Assembly (NCBI GenBank): GCA_002269645.1
Contig: NIVC01003446.1
Location: 1-37,407, forward strand
From: Macrostomum lignano
Lineage: Eukaryota
DNA length: 37,407 nt
Direction of reading: 5' to 3'
Numbering within the stretch: the stretch's first letter is position 1; each line of letters starts with the position of its first letter. A program made the translations under genes and the position numbers. Positions 18,370-27,914 of this stretch are shown in pieces. The notes below the pieces were generated by a model. That model had not been told where the DNA came from. It worked only from the letters and a program-made list of their open reading frames with translations, and did not search any database.

Positions 18370-19622
18370 GTGAATGATTGGTGAACTCAGTGCCAGGTGT
18401 GAATGATTGGTGAACTCAGTGCCAGGTGTGAATGATTGGTGAACTCAGTGCCAGGTGTGAATGATTGGTGAACTCAGTGCCAGGTGTGAATGATTGGTGA
18501 ACTCAGTGCCAGGTGTGAATGATTGGTGAACTCAGTGCCAGGTGTGAATGATTGGTGAACTCAGTGCCAGGTGTGAATGATTGGTGAACTCAGTGCCAGG
18601 TGTGAATGATTGGTGAACTCAGTGCCAGGTGTGAATGATTGGTGAACTCAGTGCCAGGTGTGAATGATTGGTGAACTCAGTGCCAGGTGTGAATGATTAG
18701 TGAACTCAGTGCCAGGTGTGAATGATTTGTGAACTGGGTTGCCGGGTGTGAATGATTGGTGAACTCAGTGCCAGGTGTGAATGATTGGTGAACTCAGTGC
18801 CAGGTGTGAATGATTGGTGAATTCAGTGCCCGATGTGAATGATTGGTGAACTCAGTGTCAGTGTGAATGATTTGTGAACTGGGTTGCCGGGTGTGAATGA
18901 TTAGTGAACTCAGTGCCAGGTGTGAATGATTTGTGAACTGGGTTGCCGGGTGTGAATGATTGGTGAACTCAGTGCCAGGTGTGAATGATTGGTGAACTCA
19001 GTGCCAGGTGTGAATGATTGGTGAACTCAGTGTCAGTGTGAATGATTTGTGAACTGGGTTGCCGGGTGTGAATGATTTGTGAACTAGCTCTGTCTGCAAT
19101 GCAATTCAATTCAATCATTGCGCAAGGCCCGGCAACTACAAGCTGACGCTGCTGAAGCGCAAAGGGTTCGCCCGGATGGCCCTGCAGACGGGGGCCCACC
19201 TGGTGCCCTGCTTCAGCTTCGGCGAGAACGACCTGTTCAGGCAGGCGGCCAACCCGCCAGGGTCCTGGGTTCGAGCGTTCCAGCAGATCTTCAAGGTGAG
19301 CCTAAGAAAAGGATTCACTGCGTGTACACGGCAACATCAAAACTCCTCAAAACTTCTTCCTCTTCCCCAGGGTGCCCTGGGCTCCTCTCCGCCGTTCTTC
19401 TACGGCCGCGGCGTGTTCAACTACACCTTCGGGCTGCTGCCTTACCGCCACGCGGTCACCACGGTGGTTGGCGCGCCAATCCCGGTGGAGAAGTGCCCGG
19501 AGCCCAGCGCTGAGCAGGTGGACCGGCTGCACCGCCTGTACATGGAGCGGCTGGCCGACCTGTTCGACGAGTTCAAGGCTGAGCACGGGGTGAAGGAAGA
19601 CGTCCGGCTTGAGTTCGTCTGA
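16703..19622 (+). CDS. DGAT2/MOGAT: Diacylglycerol/monoacylglycerol O-acyltransferase (DGAT2/MOGAT family), ~695 aa with a long repetitive N-terminus. Exons 16703-18369, 19127-19295, 19371-19622.
   Basis: Motifs [69 protein letters not shown]. Intron phases (2 and 0) join correctly. Substrate class (DGAT vs MGAT) cannot be assigned from sequence alone. Confidence 0.93.
16961..17656 (+). repeat. Coding 33-bp minisatellite: 18 x [11 protein letters not shown] plus two 51-bp (17-aa) derived units
   Basis: In frame within the DGAT2/MOGAT exon 1 ORF. Counted from the translation. Confidence 0.92.
18364..19085. repeat. 29-bp minisatellite (TGCCAGGTGTGAATGATTGGTGAACTCAG), DGAT2/MOGAT intron 1
   Basis: Directly visible. 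Begins at the exon/intron junction. Confidence 0.95.
19127..19295 (+). CDS. DGAT2/MOGAT: DGAT2/MOGAT exon 2 ([15 protein letters not shown]...QQIFK)
   Basis: Acceptor cgcaag (AAG), donor gtgagc. Restores the conserved ARPG motif. Confidence 0.88.
19371..19622 (+). CDS. DGAT2/MOGAT: DGAT2/MOGAT exon 3
   Basis: Acceptor cttcctcttccccag. [14 protein letters not shown]...LEFV*. Confidence 0.9.
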   Translation, partial: GALGSSPPFFYGRGVFNYTFGLLPYRHAVTTVVGAPIPVEKCPEPSAEQVDRLHRLYMERLADLFDEFKAEHGVKEDVRLEFV

Positions 19623-19920
19623 CCCGGGAGTGCGGCTCGCGCATTCATTCTGCGGCTCGCTATCGGAAAGTTGAATAGCCGGGAAACTTTTTTAGATTTT
19701 CTACTGACTACTTGTAGTGAGTAGCTAGTTAGTAAATATTCTGTCACCAATGTGATTGGGACCTATCTAGTATTAAAATTCTAATTAAATTTAGGCGCTC
19801 TATTAAGCTGAATCGAGTGCATGTACACAGTGAAGATTTTTATAGTACATTGGTCTACTGAAGGCGAATATCTTGCACTTTTTAACTTTTGTGTTGACCG
19901 CGCTTTCTTGACTCTTCATT

Positions 19921-19926
19921 AATAAA
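19921..19926 (+). promoter_or_regulatory. Candidate polyadenylation signal of DGAT2/MOGAT
   Basis: AATAAA ~300 nt after the stop. Confidence 0.45.
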
Positions 19927-20218
19927 AGTACATGCAATCAAATTGTAATGCAGCAATTTATCGCAATGAAATGGCCCTGCTGGCCGTGTCTGAGCGGTAT
20001 GTCTGCGGTACCGACTGTATCTCCCGTGTCGTCATGATGAACCCATGGGCCGCTGGTACTTGCGATGTACATTGACATAGTATGGATAGAGAAAAGAGAT
20101 CAAGGTGGCACGATCTGTTCACGAAGCTCTTGACCGCAATAAACAATATCCAGGACAAGCATGCTTGCGAACAGGCCACTTCCACCAGCACATCTGTATG
20201 ACTGTCTATCTATGTTTG

Positions 20219-20220
<2 letters not shown>

Positions 20221-20266
<46 letters not shown>
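20221..20266. repeat. (TCTA)n / GATA microsatellite
   Basis: Directly visible. Confidence 0.9.
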
Positions 20267-20267
<1 letters not shown>

Positions 20268-20825
20268 GTCTGTCTATCTGTGCACAAAAGTCTACTGTTG
20301 CTAGTGTACCTACGAAAATGGAGGCAAGTTCTCAATACACCTAATCAGCGTTCAGAGGCTCAAACTTTAAAGCAGCATTTGTCTCTCAGAAGCTGAGACG
20401 CGTGCTGAGCGATCGGAAGCCGCGGTAGTGCGGGAGTTAAGCGTGTTATTTAGCTCCAGGCCACTGCCAAGAATGCTGTACACGTGCATACAACTGTTCT
20501 TCCGATTGGAGAATTCTGGACCAGGATTTTCTTGATGAATTTTGAAAGATGACGAATTGTGAACGAGATGTTTTGAAAAGGTGAATTGGAACCGTTGAGA
20601 CTCGTTTCTGTTGCTACTGTTGCGGATACTTCGTTGATTGTTGATAATAATTAAGATTTACCACGCTGCAGTTAGCTCGTCTTACAGTACTTCATGCATA
20701 GTGTTATGTATTACACATAGGCTCCGATACTACTTGTCGGATTTTGGTTACAAGCAGTAGTGCGCTGCGGACTTGACCGTATTTATTAGTGCAAATAGAT
20801 AATCCAGCACATGGCTGCGGGCCAG

Positions 20826-21040
20826 AGGAGAGGAGAATGAGAGGAAAGATGAGAGAAGAGAGGAGAGAGGGTGAAAAGAGATGGTAGAGGAGAGAGAGGA
20901 GGGGAGAAAAGAGAACAGAGAGTAAAGGGAAGAAAAGAGCAGAGAGAAGAGTGGAGAGAAAAGATCAGAGAACAGGGAAGAAGAGGGTAAGAAAGTAGAG
21001 GGGAGAGAAAAGCAAGAAGAGGGAAGAAAGCAGAGAAGAC
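20826..21040. repeat. Low-complexity polypurine (AG-rich) tract
   Basis: Nearly all A/G on the + strand. Confidence 0.8.
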
Positions 21041-22969
21041 AAACATCGAACGGGTCGGATTGCTATTGTGAAGTTTCAAAGGGCCACAAGGGGGAGTACA
21101 GCTGGGGGCTTGGCAGGACGCATGTTTGCCCAATGGCCCCAGCTGCAGTGTTCATATGCGATGCGGGATAAGGTTGGACACGCGTCTCAGCTTCACTCCA
21201 TTCTCAGAGTATTACAGAAACCAGCTGCTGAGCAATGGGATAGCTTTCCTAGATCTGTCTGTGAGCTTCTTGCATTGTTTACGGCAGTAAACAACAAACG
21301 ACGCACGCAGCCCTGAGAAGTAGAGTCATGCGGTCAGCGGCGCTAAAATGAGTGCCAAAAATTAGTCATGTACATGTTGAATTCTTGGCTTTGTCCCCCA
21401 CCATAAAATCCATGGCGACGGCCTTGGCAGCAGGACGTCCTGTGGCTGAATCGCACCAGTAATTGGCACATTTGGAAAATGCCATTTAGATATTATAAAG
21501 ATAAGCGAGAAGATAGCAAATAATCAAGCGTAACAAACACCCCTTAGCGAGAAGCGACTCTGGCAACTGAAATAAGAGTGTTGCGCAAGTTGCGTCACTG
21601 GCGGTTTGAAGTGACTGAAACCCTCGCTAAGGGCGCAAATTCTAGCCAAGAAGCCCAAGCCTTAAGATAGATATCACGGTTCGATCGAAATGTGCTCGAT
21701 GGGGTGAGTCAGTGCGTGGGTAGAGAAGCCTTTTCTTTTGGAGCAGGAAAATGCGTCAGTTTTTCTCTATCAGTCAGTCTGTATGAACAGGGAGGGTCAT
21801 TTTGACCAAAACTTGCGATCTTTTGGGTTTCGGGCTGGGTTTCACGCCTTGTCTAGCATGGCCTACAGTGTCTACACATCGGTGCGCCCTTCTTGCACAA
21901 CCGCTCTGTTCAATTTCGTCAGCAAAGATTATCACGCCTGGGTCGGGAGAGAAAGGGAGACAGGGACAGGCCCAAGACAGGCGGGTTGGGTGTACACAGA
22001 ATGGCACTAAAAATAGCTCGGGTGTACACTACAGCCAGATTGGACAATTGGGGTTGGCTTTGGGACTTTAAACACTGAATCAACTGATTGTGACGCGCTG
22101 CTAAAAATAGCCGCGAGCCGCCAGGGCATAAAACTGGCCGCCACGGCGCGCTCAGAGGCCTCCAAGCGGAGAGCGCAGGCCAGTTGGATCTGCTTTCACA
22201 AGTCGGCTGACACCATGACCGACTGGAAGTGGGTCCTGTCGAGGAATAAGCGGGACCCCTGTTGCCGCAGCACGCTTACTTCGTCAATGCCGCGGCTTTC
22301 AAGTCCGCGGCGTCGCCAATTCTCCATCTGAAGCCTCTCGCTTCGGTTCCGGAGGGCGCCAACGCTCGGACACCAGCGACCCCGCAATCACACCGTCCGG
22401 TGTGCTCAGGGGTGTCCAGTTGGCCGCTCTCTGGGACCACAGCTGGTCTCGCAGTCCACGCAGCTCCCAGCAGGTGTCTTGGGCTGTGCAAATCCGAATG
22501 CAGCTCGGGACTCTGTGAACTGGGACTGAGGACGCGCCAGCTGTGGAAGCAGACTGATCGACTGCTGCCTCCGGGGCCGAGCGAGACTCCCCTGCGCGCT
22601 GCTGTGGCATCAGGGGTTTCGCTTGCTTCTCGACAGGACTTGTGTCTTAGTTTTGTTAGAGCAGCTCTGTGGTTACCTGTGACACTCTCGCGCCAAATAA
22701 GTGCGTTTCCGTGCGAGGGCCGATCCCCGAAGGCCAACGCACGTTGTGTACATGCACCCTGTGCGAGCGCGTTTGTACTGAGTCATGCATGCTTGTACAG
22801 TTTCTTGCAGTCTACGAAATTCGACTTTTTATCCTGAATCCTCAGATTGTAATCCTAACCCGACATCTAGCCCTAACCTAAACCGTAATTCCTAATAAGG
22901 GGTTTTAATATCTCCACAATCTCAGGCCCCGAAAATGTCGGAAAATATGTAGCATCGGATATAGGAAGC

Positions 22970-23910
22970 GTCTGGGATATGAAGTGTCGGGGATATGAAG
23001 TGTCGGGGATATGAAGTGTCGGGGATATGAAGTGTCTAGGATATGAAGTGTCGGGGATATGAAGTGTCGGGGATATGAATTGTCGGGGATATGAAGTGTC
23101 GGGGATATGAATTGTCGGGGATATGAAGTGTCGGGGATATGAATTGTCGGGGATATGAAGTGTCGGGGATATGAAGTGTCTAGGATATGAAGTGTCGGGG
23201 ATATGAAGTGTCGGGGATATGAAGTGTCGGGGATATGAATTGTCGGGGATATGAAGTGTCGGGGATATGAAGTGTCTAGGATATGAAGTGTCGGGGACAT
23301 GAAGTGTCGGGGACATGAAGTGTCGGGGATATGAAGTGTCGGAGATATGAAGTGTCGGGGATATGAAGTGTCTGGGATATGAAGTGTCGGGGATATAAAG
23401 TGTCGGGATATGAAGTGTCGGGGATATGAAGTGTCGGGGACATGAAGTGTCGGGGATATGAAGTGTCGGGGATATGAAGTGTCGGGGATATGAAGTGTTG
23501 GGGATATGAAGTGTCGGGGATATGAAGCGTCGGGGACATGAAGTGTCGGGGATATGAAGTGTCGGGGACATGAAGTGTCGGGGATATGAAGTGTCGGAGA
23601 TATGAAGTGTTGGGGATATGAAGTGTCGGGGACATGAAGTGTCAGGGACATGAAGTGTCAGGGATATGAAGCGTCGGGGATATGAAGCGTCGGGGATATG
23701 AAGCGTCGGGGATATGAAGTGTCGGGGACATGAAGTGTCGGGGATATGAAGCGTCGGGGATATGAAGCGTCGGGGATATGAAGTGTCGGGGATATGAAGC
23801 GTCGGGGATATGAAGCGTCGGGGATATGAAGTGTCGGGGATATGAAGCGTCGGGGATATGAAGCGTCGGGGATATGAAGTGTCGGGGACATGAAGTGTCG
23901 GGGATATGAA
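22970..23910. repeat. 16-bp satellite (GGGGATATGAAGTGTC)n
   Basis: Directly visible. Confidence 0.95.
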
Positions 23911-24563
23911 AGAGGTGCAGTCGAAGATGCATGTCAAAGAACCCCATTCCTAAACCCTGCTTATCCAAAACCCTAATCCAAGCCTAAATAATCAGCAGTC
24001 AGACTGCGGCAGTGCCCGCAGCCCCCTGCAAACTAAGTGAACTGCTTGAACGATTTCCTTATGTAATATCCTCTGTAGTTTGCTCAAGAAAACGGATATT
24101 AAAAACAAAATTCTGCTCACTGAAACTGTTTTAGCTAACGAAGAGTATCCTTCTCAAGCCGAAATATAAAAATCCGAGATATTATCATAGCGCTTCTATT
24201 TTATTTAACTCAAATTCATTAGAAAAGCACAAATAAGTATTACATTTTGATTAAACTAGCTATTTCTATTGCTTGAGCGACCGGCCGACGATAGGCAAAA
24301 AATTCTAGCTTTAATATAATATTATTAATCAGTAAAAGTAGGGAAAAGACACAAAAAGTATTCTGTAAGAAATTCAAAGGAGAGGCGATAAGGTAAAAAC
24401 AGGAGTTTGTAGTGTGTGATAAACTGTTAGCAAAGGCAATTGGGAAAACTAATTTGACAGTTAATTAGGAACACGGGAGGTCCGGGTGTACTTTTAAGAG
24501 CTGTGCAATGAAATAGCAATTGAGTAAGGCGGCTGGGTTCAGTAAATCAGAAAATTGTCTTAT

Positions 24564-24710
24564 TTAGCACAGGTAATTAAGTAAAACTATGGAATTATTT
24601 GATTTTCAATTCATCCTAGCAGCTGGCAAACGCTGCGTGTTTTGTGACGCATTAATGACGCATTATTAATAAATAAAAATCAATAGTGCAATTAATTACA
24701 CCTGTGCTAA
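24564..24710. mobile_element. Possible MITE-like element bounded by imperfect inverted repeats
   Basis: TTAGCACAGGTAATTAA (24564-24580) and TTAATTACACCTGTGCTAA (24692-24710) are reverse complements apart from a 2-nt indel. No clear TSD. Confidence 0.35.
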
Positions 24711-24714
24711 TGGC

Positions 24715-24925
24715 CAGATGTGCAACCGACAGCTTATCCAAGGACTGGGGGGTCGCCACACACACCCTCAATTACCCCAGCTAATGCTTGCAGCCATTTT
24801 ACAGCTGGGTGAGCTGAAGCAATGCAGAGTTAAGTGTCTTGCTCAAGGACACAAATTGTTCCGAGTGGAGCCGAGAATCGAACCCTCGACCTTTCAGTCG
24901 TGAGTGCGACACTCTGAACACAGGC
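24715..24925 (-). mobile_element. tRNA-derived SINE with CORE-like domain (boundaries approximate)
   Basis: The minus strand has a B box GGTTCGATTC (+24874-24883) followed by GTGTCCTTGAGCAAGACACTTAACT...CACCCAGCTGTAAAATGG, resembling the recalled CORE domain of MIR-like SINEs. The A box is degenerate. Confidence 0.7.
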
Positions 24926-25694
24926 GGAACAGTGTACAAGAGGGGGCCGGAGCCTTGTGGTCAGCGTCCCAGGCTCGATTCCAAGTGCAGTCGCATTAAT
25001 TTGAGGCTAAATTGGAATCTCAGCTTGGCTCTGCTCGTGCAACTAACGCCCAAGGCCTAACCATAAATACATTCAGGGCCGCTGTGCACTCCTGTGTGGG
25101 TCTGTGCCTGTGCGTATGACTGCGTACGTATCCGCGCGCTTGTGTGCCTGCTCAGGGGGGGGGGCAGTAATGCCTCTCGCCGGTTGTGTGACAATGTCGC
25201 TTAAAGTGCGCCAGGGTTCCACATAGCCAGAAACAGTGCAAAAAAAACTCAGAGAAAAGCAAGTAAACACAGTGCAAAAGCAAAGTCATTAAGCGGTTAA
25301 TAAGTCCAAGGCGAGAAAAGTAAGCTTGCTTTTAAACAGGTACACAGAAGCTGCAGAAAGGGTGGATTTGCCTTAGCAAAGAAAAGTCAATCACAGCAAG
25401 TTTTGTCCATCCAGTGTGTCACAGTTTGTCTGTTATGACAAAAAGTCAAATTGATAGAAATAAACCGGAGCCAAAATGCTCGCCGACAGGACAGCTGAGT
25501 GCTGCGCGCAAAAAATGAGTTCAACTGTAAACGCTTCGGCAAAGATCGGGAATCCCGTTCGCAGACTAATAACACTTACTATCGGAACCGAAGCGCCAGC
25601 AGTGCATTACTAAGCTGGTTATACAATAAACAGTGCCGAGTATGGACAAACCGACAGCTTAAGCACCGTTATAGAATAGAGAAGTTTAGAGTTT

Positions 25695-27230
25695 GTCGGG
25701 GAGCGAGTGTACATTGGGGTGGTTGGAGCGGAGAGGGCTTGAGGTGGACAGGGAGCGAGTGTACATTGGGGTGGTTGGAGCGGAGAGGGCTTGAGGTGGA
25801 CAGGGAGCGAGTGTACATTGGGGTGGTTTGAGCGGAGAGAGCAGGAGCTCGGCGGGGAGCGAGTGTACATTGGGGTGGTTGGAGCGGAGAGGGCAGGAGC
25901 TGGGCGGGGAGCGAGTGTACATTGGGGTGGTTGGAGCGGAGAGGGCAGGAGCTGGGCTGGGAGCGAGTGTACATTGGGGTGATTGGCAGAAGGGCAGGAG
26001 CTGGGCTGGGAGCGAGTGTACATTGGGGTGATTGGCAGAAGGGCAGGAGCTGGGGGAGTGTACATTGGGGTGGTTGGCAGAAGGGCAGGAGCTGGGGGGA
26101 GTGTACATTGGGGTGGTTGGCAGAAGGGCAGGAGCTGGGGGGAGTGTACATTGGGGTGGTTGGAGCGGAGAGGGCTTGAGGTGGACAGGGAGCGAGTGTA
26201 CATTGGGGTGGTTGGAGCGGAGAGGGCTTGAGGTGGACAGGGAGCGAGTGTACATTGGGGTGGTTGGAGCGGAGAGGGCTTGAGGTGGACAGGGAGCGAG
26301 TGTACATTGGGGTGGTTGGAGCGGAGAGGGCTTGAGGTGGACAGGGAGCGAGTGTACATTGGGGTGGTTTGAGCGGAGAGAGCAGGAGCTCGGCGGGGAG
26401 CGAGTGTACATTGGGGTGGTTGGAGCGGAGAGGGCAGGAGCTGGGCGGGGAGCGAGTGTACATTGGGGTGGTTGGAGCGGAGAGGGCAGGAGCTGGGCTG
26501 GGAGCGAGTGTACATTGGGGTGATTGGCAGAAGGGCAGGAGCTGGGCTGGGAGCGAGTGTACATTGGGGTGATTGGCAGAAGGGCAGGAGCTGGGGGAGT
26601 GTACATTGGGGTGGTTGGCAGAAGGGCAGGAGCTGGGGGGAGTGTACATTGGGGTGGTTGGCAGAAGGGCAGGAGCTGGGGGGAGTGTACATTGGGGTGG
26701 TTGGAGCGGAGAGGGCTTGAGGTGGACAGGGAGCGAGTGTACATTGGGGTGGTTGGAGCGGAGAGGGCTTGAGGTGGACAGGGAGCGAGTGTACATTGGG
26801 GTGGTTGGAGCGGAGAGGGCTTGAGGTGGACAGGGAGCGAGTGTACATTGGGGTGGTTTGAGCGGAGAGAGCAGGAGCTCGGCGGGGAGCGAGTGTACAT
26901 TGGGGTGGTTGGAGCGGAGAGGGCAGGAGCTGGGCTGGGAGCGAGTGTACATTGGGGTGATTGGCAGAAGGGCAGGAGCTGGGCTGGGAGCGAGTGTACA
27001 TTGGGGTGATTGGCAGAAGGGCAGGAGCTGGGGGAGTGTACATTGGGGTGGTTGGCAGAAGGGCAGGAGCTGGGGGGAGTGTACATTGGGGTGGTTGGCA
27101 GAAGGGCAGGAGCTGGGGGGAGTGTACATTGGGGTGGTTGGCAGAAGGGCAGGAGCTGGGGGGAGTGTACATTGGGGTGGTTGGAGCGGAGAGGGCAGGA
27201 GCCGGGGGGGGGAGCGAGTTTACATTGGTA
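25695..27230. repeat. Composite G-rich minisatellite (43-52-bp monomers sharing GAGTGTACATTGGGGTG) with a 541-bp higher-order repeat
   Basis: Identical ORF blocks recur at 25791/26332, 25828/26369 and 25922/26463 (offset 541). Confidence 0.93.
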
Positions 27231-27466
27231 GGCCAGAGTGTGCCAGACTATTAAGTACGCCATGGACTCTAACTGCTTCCTATGCAGTTAAATTACGAGT
27301 TTTAAACTACGAGCGTAGTACATACGAATAATAAATTTGCGGTGAACCTAATTGTAAAAAGCAAGCACGATAAGTACTAAAGGTCCAAAAGCAGGCTGTA
27401 AAAGTCATGTCTATAGATAAGCGTCTGTTTGTGAACAGAGAGAAAATCTCCACCCAGTCGGGCCCG

Positions 27467-27914
27467 TCAGGAAGCGGCAGCCACGGCGGCCAGGTTGTCC
27501 TTCACTGCGGCATCGTTTTCGTCGGCGACCTTATCTGGCGGGTCGCCACGGCATTCGACGGGACGACGGGGGACGGGGCCACCGTTGGCGGCCCCATGCG
27601 GCCGCAGCTGCTGGTCAACAAGCTTCAGCTGGGCCTCCGCCCACTCCCTGGTGATGCCGGCAGTCCAAGCTGGAGGTGGCCGCCTGCTGTACTTCATCAA
27701 CAGCAGGCTGGTGACCTCATCGATAATCTGCACGCTGCGATCGATGATGTCGAGGCTGTGCGCGGCGGACAGGCAGAATCGAGCCCGGGACTCGATGATA
27801 GGCGTGGCCGGGTAGCCGACAACCACCGTGCCGAGGCCGCGCTTCAGCGTCTCCCGGCCGAAGGCGGCGATCTTGCCGGGCATGAAGATCATCACGGGCA
27901 CCACCGGGCTGGTT
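27467..27914 (-). CDS. SPTLC2: SPTLC2 terminal exon
   Basis: Acceptor cgccccag. [11 protein letters not shown]...[10 protein letters not shown], then a C-terminal tail. Confidence 0.92.

Noticed and set aside
18364-19126. De novo intron gain by tandem duplication for DGAT2 intron 1
   Set aside because: The acceptor region (19086-19126) is not repeat-derived, so expansion at a pre-existing donor is more likely. Ortholog intron positions are needed to decide.
22215-22620. Profilin-like N-terminus or RTE retrotransposon 3' end
   Set aside because: Only a few residues resemble either (MTDW..AYFVN; ELGL..RQLWKQ), with no continuous alignment. Left unassigned.
22850-22885. Interstitial telomere
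   Set aside because: Only isolated degenerate CCCTAA-like words, with no tandem tract.
22873-23968. 354-aa and shorter FISPTLHIPDT ORFs
   Set aside because: Translations of the 16-bp satellite.
24860-24925. tRNA gene
   Set aside because: Only a B box is clear, with no cloverleaf, and the CORE-like continuation indicates a SINE.
25695-27230. CRISPR array (constant 17-mer plus variable segments)
   Set aside because: The context is eukaryotic, the variable segments are related to each other and recur in 541-bp blocks, and there are no cas genes.
25619-27263. Three overlapping ~500-aa minus-strand ORFs
   Set aside because: All three frames are open because the C-rich repeat strand lacks stop codons; there is no coding signature.
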